Below, in pieces: positions 1 through 8,937 of a stretch of DNA of 32,000 bases. The translations under genes and the position numbers were made by a program. Position 1 is the stretch's first letter, and each line of letters starts with the position of its first letter. Below the pieces are notes generated by a model that had not been told where the DNA came from, searched no databases, and saw nothing but the letters and a program-made list of their open reading frames with translations. The stretch is from Chlamydiales bacterium (lineage in GTDB: Bacteria > Chlamydiota > Chlamydiia > Chlamydiales > SM23-39), in NCBI GenBank assembly GCA_965261025.1, contig OZ253438.1, positions 420,001 through 452,000 on the forward strand, written 5' to 3'.

Positions 1-199
1 GACGCAGTGCTTTAACTTCCCCAAAAGAGACCGCATGGAACCAAAATTTTTCCTTTTTAAAGGAAAAGAGCTCTTTTGGGAAAAAAACTCTAGCCCTAAC
101 TTGCGGGAATCTTTTTTTAGAAAAGCAAGATAGCACCGCCTGAATAAGCAGGAGAAAAAAAAGAGCAAGATTATAGAGCAAACTTGAGCCTTTTTTAGA

Positions 200-2734
200 T
201 TAAACTACAATATTTAAAAGCTTATCTTGTACAAAAATAATTTTCTCTGGTTCTTTCCCCAAAAAGCGGGCTACATTGGGTTCTTTCTTTGCTAAAGAAA
301 ACACTTCTTCCTGGGTTTTTCCTTTAGCAAGGGAAAGCTTTCCTCGAAATTTGCCGTTGATTTGTATGATGTAAAGCGTTTCTTTTTCTTGTAAAAAGAC
401 CTCTTCTATAGGAATTAAGGGAACGAAGGTTAAAGATTCTTTATTTCCTAATCTCTCCCACATCTCTTCCGCAATATGAGGCGCAAAAGGATACAGAGTC
501 TGAACTGCCACGGAAAGGGCCTTTTTGGGGTATTTTTTTAGAGAAGAAAACTCGTTAATAAATTCCATCATATGAGCTATAGCTGTATTAAATTGCATTT
601 GTTCTATTTCTTCTCTTAGGGTTTTCGCCAAAGAAAAGGCAAGTTTCATTCCCACCTTTTCTTCTTCTTCTATGATCTTCGAAGGATCCAATAGAGCAAA
701 AAATCGAGTTAGAAACCGGAAACACCCCCCTACAGCATCACTATTCCAAACCTTTTCCTTATTAAAAGGTCCCATAAACATCCCATATAAACGAAGAGAA
801 TCCGCTCCAAATTCTTCTATCATCTCATCAGGGTTTACCCCGTTTAACTTCGACTTAGACATCTTCTCTATCTGAGAAAATAAAAGAGTTTTTGTCCCCT
901 TTTCAAAAAAATCTCCTTTTTTTTCTTCTACTTTCTCTATAGGAAGATATTCTCCTGTAGGTTTACGAAAAGATCGAGAAGTAACAATCCCTTGGTTTTT
1001 ATAAGAAGAAAAAGGCTCTTTTGTATGAACTACTCCTATATCGTATAAAACCTTATGCCAAAATCTTGCATAAAGAAGGTGCAAAACGGCATGTTCTAAC
1101 CCTCCGACATAAAGATCTACAGGCATCCAGTAGTTTTCTGCTTTTTGGCTAAAGGGTTCCTCCTCGTTATTTGGATCCAAAAAACGAAGGTAATACCAAC
1201 AAGATCCCGCCCATTGGGGCATGGTATTAGTTTCTCTTTTTGCTTTTTTTTGAGTGAGTGAGTCTGTTATTTCGACCCAACCTTTTACCTTGGCTAAAGG
1301 GCTTTCCCCTGTTTCAGAAGGAGAGTATTCACTAACTTCAGGAGGAAATAAGGGAAGTTCGTCTATTTCTAAAACCCTTTGTGAACCGTCTTCTAAGTGT
1401 AGGACAGGAATAGGCTCTCCCCAGTATCTTTGCCGAGAAAAAAGCCAATCTCTTAGTTTATATTGTATTTTCCTTTTTCCTAGTTTTTCTTTTTCTAAAA
1501 AATGAACTAGCTTCTCTGTCGCCTCTTCTCTATGAAGACCATTTAAAGAAAGCTTTTTAGAATCTGAATTTATAAGTTTGCCTTCTCCACTAAAGCAGAT
1601 TTCTCCTCGAATGAACTTTTCTCGGAGTTCTTTCTTTGAAGGTTCATAAGTAGCAATCAAAGGGAGCTCATACTTTTTAGCAAAAGCAAAATCCCTTTCA
1701 TCATGAGAAGGAACACCCATAACAGCCCCTGTTCCATAATCAGGCAAAATGTAATCCGCTATCCAAATAGGGATCTTTTCTCGATTAATAGGATGGACTG
1801 CATAACTTCCCGTAAAGACTCCCGTTTTTTCCCAATCTACGGCCTGCCTTTTTAGTTCATCTTCAGAAAGGGCTTTCTTTACATATGTCTCTACCTCTTT
1901 TTTTTGCTCTGAACTAGTTATTTTCAAGGTAAGTGGGTGTTCTGGAGACAAACCCAGATAAGTGGCTCCCATTAAGGTATCTATTCTTGTAGTAAAAACT
2001 TCTATATTTTCTTGAGAATTTTCTTCTAAAAAAGAGAGGGAAACCCCCTCTCTTTTTCCAATCCAATTTCTTTGCAATTTTTTTACAGCTTCTGGCCAGT
2101 TAAGGTCTTCTAGGTCTTTTAAAAGTCTTTCTGCATATGCAGTGATTTTTAGCACCCATTGTCTTACAGGTCTTTTCTCTACTGGGTAGCCTCCCTCAAT
2201 AGATTTTCCCTCCTGTATTTCTTCATTAGCCAAAACGGTGCCTAATTTTGGACAAAAATTCACATAGATGTTTGCCTCATAAGCAAGACCTTTTTTAAAA
2301 AGCTCCGTGAAAATCCATTGGGTCCACTTATAGTAACTAGGATCAGAGGTTTTCATCTCTCTTTCCCAGTCATAGCTAAAACCTAAAGATTGGAGTTGTC
2401 TTTTGTAGGTGGCAATATTGTTAGCTGTAGTTACAGCAGGATGCGTCCCTGTCTTTATTGCATATTGTTCTGCAGGAAGACCAAAGCTATCCCAACCCAT
2501 AGGATGCAGGACATTATAACCCTTTTGTCTTTTATAGCGGGCTACGATGTCTGTACCTGTATACCCTGCAACATGCCCTACATGAAGACCTGCTCCCGAA
2601 GGATAGGGAAACATGTCTAAAATGTAATATTTAGGCCTTTCAGGATCAATTTCCGTCTTAAAAGACTTTTTTTCTTCCCAGATTTTTTGCCACTTGGCCT
2701 CAATCCTTCTGGGGTTATATTTTTCTTTTTCCAT
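200..2734 (-). CDS. leuS: leucine--tRNA ligase
   Basis: 844-aa ORF with a class I aaRS HIGH-type motif (PSGAGLHVGHVAGYT) and KMSKS motif (EKMSKSKLNG). Length and overall layout fit bacterial LeuS. Confidence 0.97.
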   Translation of the reverse strand: MEKEKYNPRRIEAKWQKIWEEKKSFKTEIDPERPKYYILDMFPYPSGAGLHVGHVAGYTGTDIVARYKRQKGYNVLHPMGWDSFGLPAEQYAIKTGTHPAVTTANNIATYKRQLQSLGFSYDWEREMKTSDPSYYKWTQWIFTELFKKGLAYEANIYVNFCPKLGTVLANEEIQEGKSIEGGYPVEKRPVRQWVLKITAYAERLLKDLEDLNWPEAVKKLQRNWIGKREGVSLSFLEENSQENIEVFTTRIDTLMGATYLGLSPEHPLTLKITSSEQKKEVETYVKKALSEDELKRQAVDWEKTGVFTGSYAVHPINREKIPIWIADYILPDYGTGAVMGVPSHDERDFAFAKKYELPLIATYEPSKKELREKFIRGEICFSGEGKLINSDSKKLSLNGLHREEATEKLVHFLEKEKLGKRKIQYKLRDWLFSRQRYWGEPIPVLHLEDGSQRVLEIDELPLFPPEVSEYSPSETGESPLAKVKGWVEITDSLTQKKAKRETNTMPQWAGSCWYYLRFLDPNNEEEPFSQKAENYWMPVDLYVGGLEHAVLHLLYARFWHKVLYDIGVVHTKEPFSSYKNQGIVTSRSFRKPTGEYLPIEKVEEKKGDFFEKGTKTLLFSQIEKMSKSKLNGVNPDEMIEEFGADSLRLYGMFMGPFNKEKVWNSDAVGGCFRFLTRFFALLDPSKIIEEEEKVGMKLAFSLAKTLREEIEQMQFNTAIAHMMEFINEFSSLKKYPKKALSVAVQTLYPFAPHIAEEMWERLGNKESLTFVPLIPIEEVFLQEKETLYIIQINGKFRGKLSLAKGKTQEEVFSLAKKEPNVARFLGKEPEKIIFVQDKLLNIVV

Positions 2735-2785
2735 GAAGGAAAGGATAGCATCGCAAGACAGCTCTTTTCCAGAAAAAATTTTTTC

Positions 2786-4558
2786 TTAAATGGGGGATTT
2801 TTTCTGGAAAAGAGGGGGATCTTTCCATTTTCCCTCTTTTTTTATCAGAGAAATAAGCCTTTCTTCTGCCTCAGAAAAATCAATAAATCTCTCTACACAG
2901 GTTTTGCCTACATAAAGATCTATTTTACCTGCCTTAGAACCTACATAGCCAAAATCAGCATCGGCCATTTCACCAGGGCCATTAACAATACAGCCCATGA
3001 TAGCAATTTTTATTTCAACAAGATGAGAGGTTTTTTCTCGAATTCTTTGACTTACCTCTTCCAAGTCAAATAGGGTTCTTCCACAGCCAGGACAAGACAC
3101 ATATTCTGCTTTGATTCTTTTCAAACCACAGGCTTGTAAAATAGAAAAAGAAAGATCATAGTCCCTAGAGGCTTCTTCAAAAGAGAGTAAAATTCCATCT
3201 ATCATGTTGCCCAATAAAATAGAGCCTACCTCCATGGAAGCTCTATAGAGGGCTTGTAATAAGGGCTCTTTATAAACAAAATGAAGAAGCAATGAAGCTC
3301 GAATCTGCTCTTTTTTTAAAAACTGATATAGTTCCCTAGTTCTGTGGATTCTTTCTTCAACAAAAGAAATAAAAATTTCTTTTGGCCTTTCTTGTAAAAG
3401 AACCTTGTAAGAAGTTTCTTCTGTGAAAAAAAAAGGCTTTTTTTTCTCCGAAAAAAGAGAAACCCCCGCTTTTTGTAAGAGAACAAGGCGGTTTTGTAAA
3501 AAAAGTTCCCTAAACGGCTCTTGTAAGATAATCCCCTTTAAGGAGCGATGGGTACTTTTTATCTTTCCTTTTCCCTCTTCAAAGCCTACACTCGTAAAAA
3601 AGGAAGGATCTTTTAGCTCTTTTTCAAAAAGATACTTCCAAACTCCTACCTCTTTTTTCTTTTCTTTCTTTTCTTGGAAAAAGGGGATCTTTTTAGAAAG
3701 AGTTTTTCTGTAATTAGAGGCGGCTTCTATTATTTTTCTTGCAGGGTCTATTTCTTTGACAGGCTCTTCTGTCAAAGAGACTCGGATAGTATCCCCTATT
3801 CCCTCACATAAAAGAGAGCCTATTCCTACAGAGGATTTGATGCGTCCCTCTTGTCCAAAACCTGCCTCTGTTACTCCTAAATGTAGGGGGTAATTCCAAG
3901 AAAGCTCTTTCATTTTCTCTACTAAAAGAAGATAAGCCTCTATCATTACTTTGGGATTGCTAGATTTCATAGAAAAGAGAAAATCGTGAAAGTGATATTT
4001 TCTACAAACCCTTGCATATTCTAAGGCAGACTCGACCATCCCCTCAGGAGTATCTCCTAAACGATTCATGATTCTATCAGATAAGGAGCCGTGATTTACT
4101 CCAATACGAAGGGCTTTTTTTCCTTTCTTGCATTTTTCTACTAAAGGAGAGAACCCCTGCTCTATTTTTTCAAGCTCTCTTTGATAGGTTTTTTCTTCAT
4201 ACACTTTTTTTTGAAAAGTAGCTCTCTTATCTAGGAAATTCCCCGGATTGATTCTAACTTTTTCTACAAAATCCACTACGAAAAGGGCTGCAGGAGGATA
4301 AAAATGAATATCTGCTACTAAGGGGATGAAACACCCCCTTTTTACTAAATACTCTTTAATTTTTTCTGTAGCTAAAGCCTCTTTTTTCCCCTGAACTGTA
4401 AGACGAACTATCTCACAACCTGCTTGCTCCAGCTGTAAAATCTGGGTAGCCGTTTTTTCCACCTCGTGGGTAGCCGTCGTCGTCATTGACTGAATCCGGA
4501 TAGGATTCTTTCCTCCTACCCCTACTTTTCCTATAAGAACTTCTTTGGTGCGCCACAT
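2786..4558 (-). CDS. ispG: 4-hydroxy-3-methylbut-2-en-1-yl diphosphate synthase, long form with inserted domain
   Basis: 590-aa ORF. N-terminal TIM-barrel motifs are IRIQSMTTT, VADIHF, RINPGNF, GVNHGSLS and LGVTEAG. C-terminal Fe-S motifs are VSCPGCGRT and GCIVNGPGE. About 200 extra residues lie between the two halves, as known for chlamydial and plant IspG. Confidence 0.95.
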   Translation of the reverse strand: MWRTKEVLIGKVGVGGKNPIRIQSMTTTATHEVEKTATQILQLEQAGCEIVRLTVQGKKEALATEKIKEYLVKRGCFIPLVADIHFYPPAALFVVDFVEKVRINPGNFLDKRATFQKKVYEEKTYQRELEKIEQGFSPLVEKCKKGKKALRIGVNHGSLSDRIMNRLGDTPEGMVESALEYARVCRKYHFHDFLFSMKSSNPKVMIEAYLLLVEKMKELSWNYPLHLGVTEAGFGQEGRIKSSVGIGSLLCEGIGDTIRVSLTEEPVKEIDPARKIIEAASNYRKTLSKKIPFFQEKKEKKKEVGVWKYLFEKELKDPSFFTSVGFEEGKGKIKSTHRSLKGIILQEPFRELFLQNRLVLLQKAGVSLFSEKKKPFFFTEETSYKVLLQERPKEIFISFVEERIHRTRELYQFLKKEQIRASLLLHFVYKEPLLQALYRASMEVGSILLGNMIDGILLSFEEASRDYDLSFSILQACGLKRIKAEYVSCPGCGRTLFDLEEVSQRIREKTSHLVEIKIAIMGCIVNGPGEMADADFGYVGSKAGKIDLYVGKTCVERFIDFSEAEERLISLIKKEGKWKDPPLFQKKSPI

Positions 4559-4631
4559 AAGAGAAAAATATACGGGGAAAAAGAAATTAAGGCCAATCCT
4601 AGCAAGGCTTTTTGTCCATTTTTTCTAAAAG

Positions 4632-5501
4632 CTAGTAGTCAAACTCATTAAAATCAGGATTGACAATTCTTGTATCAGTGGAAAGAGCATTAATACTCTG
4701 CATTTCTTCTTCTGAGAGCTTAAAATCAAAGATAGAGAAATTTTCTTGAATTCTTCCCTTTTTTGAAGACCTAGGGATAAGGACAAAATCTTTTTGGAAA
4801 AGCCATCTTAAGGCTACTTGAGCTTCAGTTTTTTGATGCTTCTGTGCTATTTGCTGTATCGTCTTATTGCCCACCACCTTACCATGAGCTACCGGACAAT
4901 AGGCAGTAATAGCAATATTTTGGGAAAAGCAAAACTTTGCAAGCTCTTCTTGGTTCAAGAAAGGGTGAAACTCGATCTGATTCATAGAAATAGAAAGTTT
5001 TTGATTTAAAAGGTCCTGAATGTGATGCACTGTAGCATTACAAAGTCCTACACTCTTTACCTTTCCCTTTTCTTTCAAACGGTGCATCTGGTAGACAATC
5101 TCACAAAAAGCTTTTTTTCTTTCAGGCCAATGAAGTAGATATAAATCGACGTAGTCATACTTGAGGTCTTTCAAACTGGTATCGCAGGCTTTTTCCACAA
5201 GTTTTGGATCATGAAAATCTCGCCAAAGCTTAGTAGTAATAAACAACTGCTCTCGAGGAAAATGGTTTAACCCTTCTCTTACTTGTTTTTCATTGTAATA
5301 AGCATAAGCTGTATCAAAATGACGATACCCTACCTTTAAGGCCTCTTTTACAGAATCTGAGCAGGTACTACCCTCCAGCTGCCAAGTTCCAAACCCTATG
5401 GCAGGAATAGACGTTCCATCACTTAGTTTTTTCGAAGGTATCTTCATAACATTTTTTGACCCTTTAGTAGGAATATAGAAAGAAAAGCCCTTTGTAGACA
5501 A
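4632..5501 (-). CDS. aldo/keto reductase (2,5-diketo-D-gluconate reductase-like)
   Basis: AKR motifs IPAIGFGTWQ, HFDTAYAYYNE, LYLLHWP and IPRSS. The maximal ORF starts at 5501. The internal ATG at 5447 (MKIPSKKLSDGTSIPAIGFGTW) gives the canonical AKR N-terminus and is the more likely start. Confidence 0.9.
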   Translation of the reverse strand: MSTKGFSFYIPTKGSKNVMKIPSKKLSDGTSIPAIGFGTWQLEGSTCSDSVKEALKVGYRHFDTAYAYYNEKQVREGLNHFPREQLFITTKLWRDFHDPKLVEKACDTSLKDLKYDYVDLYLLHWPERKKAFCEIVYQMHRLKEKGKVKSVGLCNATVHHIQDLLNQKLSISMNQIEFHPFLNQEELAKFCFSQNIAITAYCPVAHGKVVGNKTIQQIAQKHQKTEAQVALRWLFQKDFVLIPRSSKKGRIQENFSIFDFKLSEEEMQSINALSTDTRIVNPDFNEFDY

Positions 5502-5508
5502 TTACTTT

Positions 5509-6165
5509 CTATCTTCTTCTTGATAAAAAAATTTCTGTTTTTCCCCAAGGAAAGCAAACGCTTTTCTTTTTCACGAGAAAAAATTCTTCTGGAAAATATT
5601 CTGAAGGGAAAGAGCTCACTGTAAGAATTTTTGTCTCTTTTTTACAAGAGAGCATTTTAAGAAAGATCTCCTTCACAAAAGTTTCTTTTTGAGCCGTTGC
5701 ATAAAAATAGATAACGCTATAGGAGCTATAATCTATTTCTAAAAAGTCTTTCTGTAAAAACTGCAAATTTTTTATGCCAAAAAGCCTTTGCAAAAAGGAA
5801 GCGCTTTTATGAAAGAGAGGGACCTTTTCTATCCCTGTTACAGAGCAACCTATAAAAAAAGCGCTCCAAAAACAGAGCTTTCCCCTTCCAGAGCCCATAT
5901 CTAAAAAAAGCGCTTCTTTTTGTATATCTGCCCATAGGCTAATTTCAGAAAAGACACTCAATGGGGTCTCTCCATAGATCTTTCCTGAAAACCCTTCTTT
6001 TTTCCAAAAAACCTTACAAGTTCTATAGGGATTAGAAAAAAAAGAAATAAAAGCAAAGATTAGGTCTATGAAGATAAAAGACTTTACCTTATAAAATCTT
6101 TGAAATACTCTTATTTGCTCTTTAAAAAGAGAGAACTTTATCCTAAAAAAAAGGGGTAGTCTCAA
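5509..6165 (-). CDS. class I SAM-dependent methyltransferase, DOT1-like motifs, with N-terminal hydrophobic segment
   Basis: 218-aa ORF. SAM-binding motif I is LFLDMGSGRGKL (nt 5881-5901 encode DMGSGRG). It is preceded by FSGKIYGET and followed by GIEK, a pattern that from memory parallels human DOT1L (FSPEVYGET...[11 protein letters not shown]...GVEK). Hydrophobic stretch SFIFIDLIFAFISFFS at aa 29-44. Confidence 0.7.
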   Translation of the reverse strand: MRLPLFFRIKFSLFKEQIRVFQRFYKVKSFIFIDLIFAFISFFSNPYRTCKVFWKKEGFSGKIYGETPLSVFSEISLWADIQKEALFLDMGSGRGKLCFWSAFFIGCSVTGIEKVPLFHKSASFLQRLFGIKNLQFLQKDFLEIDYSSYSVIYFYATAQKETFVKEIFLKMLSCKKETKILTVSSFPSEYFPEEFFLVKKKSVCFPWGKTEIFLSRRR

Positions 6166-6265
6166 AAAATTTTTCCCCTTTTAAAAAAATTTTGCCTTCA
6201 AAAATAAACCCTTTTTTCTTCTATAATCTTGCCACTGAAAATATCAAACAAGGTAAGTAACAGCT

Positions 6266-7372
6266 ATGAAGCTGGCCCCCTATAAAACAGGACTCGCTAT
6301 ATTCTCTATGTTTTTCGGAGCAGGGAATCTTATTTTTCCCTTGATTATAGGCTACCTTTCCTTGGATAGTTTTCCCTATGCTTTAGCCGGCTTTTTACTC
6401 ACTGCTGTAGGAGTTCCCTTTTTAGGGCTTTTTTCCCTTTTTTCTTCTTCTAAAACTACCTTGGGCTTTTTTTCTAAGATAGGCAAAAAATCGGGTCTTT
6501 TTCTTGCTTGTTTAATCCTTCTTATCTTAGGCCCAATAGGCTCTTCTCCTAGGTGTCTGACCTTAGCATACGCTACTCTTTCCTTAAGTTTTCCTGGCCT
6601 TTCTTCTCTTGCTTTCTGCGGGATTTGCTCTATTTTGCTTTTTTTCTTTGTGTATAGAAAGGATAAGGTAGTCTCTTTGCTCGGAAATTTCCTCTCTCCC
6701 TTGAAGCTTGCTTTTTTAGGAGCCCTTATTCTCTTAGGCTTTTTAAAGATACCACAAGCAACCCTTTCCTCAGAAAAAATCCCTTTTTACAGCCACTTTT
6801 TAAAGGGGCTCTTCCAAGGATATAATACTATGGATCTTTTAGCTGCTTTTTTTTTCGCTCCGCTTATTTTAACGTCTTTGCAAAAAGAAGAAAAGCATGA
6901 GAGAAAAAGAGCCTTCAAAATAGCCTCTTTTGTGGGAGCTTTTTTGCTTTCTATGGTCTATTTAGGATTTTCTGTTCTTTCTTATCTCTATGCTAAAGAA
7001 TTAGGGGAAATAGCCCCAGAAAAGTTGCTAGCTGCTTTAAGTCTTAAAATCTTAGGAAAAAAAGGCGCCCTTCTTTTTAGTATTACTATAGCCCTATCTT
7101 GTTTTACAACTGCAGTAGCTTTAATAGCTGCCTTTACCCACTTTGTCTATGAAGAGCTATTTGAGAAAAAATTTTCATACAAGAATATTCTAGTCTTTTC
7201 CCTAATAGCTACCTTTCTCTTTTCTACTCTGAGTTTTCAAGGGATATCTCTCATTTTGACTCCCCTATTAAAAGGGATTTATCCCCTGGTTATTTTGCTC
7301 ACTTTATCGAATCTATTTTCTTCCTTTACCAGGCCCTCTTTTGAAAGAAACTTTTCTAATAAGAATTTTTAA
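6266..7372 (+). CDS. brnQ: branched-chain amino acid transport system II carrier (LIVCS family)
   Basis: 368-aa polytopic membrane ORF with the LIVCS N-terminal signature FSMFFGAGNLIFPLIIG. Somewhat shorter than typical BrnQ. Confidence 0.88.
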   Translation: MKLAPYKTGLAIFSMFFGAGNLIFPLIIGYLSLDSFPYALAGFLLTAVGVPFLGLFSLFSSSKTTLGFFSKIGKKSGLFLACLILLILGPIGSSPRCLTLAYATLSLSFPGLSSLAFCGICSILLFFFVYRKDKVVSLLGNFLSPLKLAFLGALILLGFLKIPQATLSSEKIPFYSHFLKGLFQGYNTMDLLAAFFFAPLILTSLQKEEKHERKRAFKIASFVGAFLLSMVYLGFSVLSYLYAKELGEIAPEKLLAALSLKILGKKGALLFSITIALSCFTTAVALIAAFTHFVYEELFEKKFSYKNILVFSLIATFLFSTLSFQGISLILTPLLKGIYPLVILLTLSNLFSSFTRPSFERNFSNKNF

Positions 7373-7543
7373 TAAAAAATCGTTTTTATTATTAATAAGT
7401 AAATAAAAAACCAAATTGAAACAATTAAAATAAAACAAAGTTTTTTTCTTTAAAAAATTAATTGAAAAAAGTACACTAAAAATAGAGAATGTCCTAGTAT
7501 ATGGGACGCTCTTTTACGCATGTCCTAATTGTAAGAATGACTC

Positions 7544-8923
7544 ATGGAAGAATCGGAAAATAATCATTGGAAGGCAGAGTCCTCTCTGAAGGAGATCTGG
7601 AAAGTCTCTTTTCCCTTGATGATCTCTACTTTGGCTTTTCTTTCTATGATTTTTGTGGATAGAATGTTTTTAAGCCGCTATTCCTTAGAGGCTTTAAATG
7701 CTTCGGTAAACGCAGGCACCTGGGCTTGGGCTTTTATGAACGGCTTGGGAATGTTAACGGCCATTTCAGAGGTTCTTGTTTCTCAGTACAATGGAGCTAA
7801 AAGGTATGAGCATATTGCTAGACCTGTCTGGCAGATGATATGGCTCTCTTTATTTTCCTATCTCATCTATATCCCTCTTGCTCTGAAGGGAGGAGACTGG
7901 ATTTTTGGAAGCTCTTTGTATCAGAGTCTACAAACAGATTACTTTAAAACACTAATTCTCTTTGCCCCTTGCTATGCTTTAACAAGCGCTTTATCGGGTT
8001 TTTTTGTAGGAAGAGGAAAAACCAAACTTTTGATCTGGCTTGCTATAGGAGCCAACATCTTAAACGTGGGACTAGATTGGATTTTGATTTTTGGGGTAAA
8101 AGGATGGATTCCAGAAATGGGAATCAAAGGGGCAGCTATTGCCACCAGTTCAGGGTATGTATTTGAAATTGCCATTCTTTTTTTTCTTTTCCTAAAAAAA
8201 GAAAATAGATGTTCTTTTCAAACAAATAAATCTCAAATTGATAAGAAGGAGTTTTCCAAATGTCTTCGATTAGGATTTCCCCAGGCCATTTTTAGTGTTT
8301 TGGAAATTGCAGGACTTGCCCTTTTTTATCAGATGATGACTTCCATTAGTGAAGTCCACATCACAGTCTCTGGTATTTGTCAAAGTGTGGTTATTCTATT
8401 CTCTTTTTTCTTTGACGGTCTTAGTAAAGGGGTTGCTGCAATAGCAGGAAATTTCATAGGAGCAGGAAAGCTGGAAAAAGTAAGAAAAGTATTAAAATCA
8501 GGGATTTATCTACAGCTATTTTTTTGCTTTTTTCTTCTTCTTTTTTTCTTTTTTGATTTGAAAAGTTTAGTTTTCTTTCTATTTCCTAATTTACAGGCCT
8601 TTGGAGAAAAAGGATCCTCTGTTTTTCAAACGCTTCTTTTCTCTTTGTATGCGACTTATTTCTATATCCTTTTTGAAGGGATTCGCTGGGTTATATCAGG
8701 CATTTTGACTGCTGCAGGAGATGTTTATTTCTTACTAATTGCAGGAACATTAAGCGTTTGGCTTCTTCTCTTAGCGCCGGTTTATTTTTTTGTCGTAAAA
8801 TCAGGTCTTGGAGTAGAAGTAGCTTGGTCAATTATGGCTTTCTACAGCATTTTATCTTGTCTTTTCTATTGGGCTCGTTTGAAAAGAGGTAACTGGAAAC
8901 AAAAAGACCTTTTACAGGAATAG
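7544..8923 (+). CDS. MATE family efflux transporter
   Basis: 459-aa ORF with about 12 hydrophobic segments in two similar halves. MATE-like N-terminus (IWKVSFPLMISTL) and LVSQYNGAKRY motif. Confidence 0.88.
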   Translation: MEESENNHWKAESSLKEIWKVSFPLMISTLAFLSMIFVDRMFLSRYSLEALNASVNAGTWAWAFMNGLGMLTAISEVLVSQYNGAKRYEHIARPVWQMIWLSLFSYLIYIPLALKGGDWIFGSSLYQSLQTDYFKTLILFAPCYALTSALSGFFVGRGKTKLLIWLAIGANILNVGLDWILIFGVKGWIPEMGIKGAAIATSSGYVFEIAILFFLFLKKENRCSFQTNKSQIDKKEFSKCLRLGFPQAIFSVLEIAGLALFYQMMTSISEVHITVSGICQSVVILFSFFFDGLSKGVAAIAGNFIGAGKLEKVRKVLKSGIYLQLFFCFFLLLFFFFDLKSLVFFLFPNLQAFGEKGSSVFQTLLFSLYATYFYILFEGIRWVISGILTAAGDVYFLLIAGTLSVWLLLLAPVYFFVVKSGLGVEVAWSIMAFYSILSCLFYWARLKRGNWKQKDLLQE

Positions 8924-8937
8924 CCCTTATCTTGTTT

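Noticed and set aside
1-199. Possible gene fragments at the left edge. Plus-strand frame 2 is open from nt 2 to a TAG at 131-133 (…FLFKGKELFWEKNSSPNLRESFFRKAR*). A minus-strand frame is open from nt 204 to nt 1, with a TTG at 168 or an ATG at 36 (…LLFFFSCLFRRCYLAFLKKDSRK…).
   Set aside because: Two mutually exclusive frames are open, both are very short, and neither has a recognisable motif. I cannot decide from sequence alone.
672-2620. Track ORFs 672-875, 1254-1505 and 2390-2620 on the plus strand, inside leuS.
   Set aside because: They are antisense shadow ORFs within a confidently identified gene. Composition is low-complexity and no motifs are present.
2687-3713. Track ORFs 2687-3073 and 3423-3713 on the plus strand.
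   Set aside because: They are antisense to ispG and leuS. The F/K/S-rich translations are typical of the reverse strand of AT-rich coding DNA.
6197-6227. Candidate sigma-70-type promoter for brnQ: TTCAAA (6197-6202) and TATAAT (6222-6227).
   Set aside because: The spacer is 19 nt, longer than optimal, and AT-rich DNA yields many TATAAT-like hexamers. This is not enough support to call a promoter.
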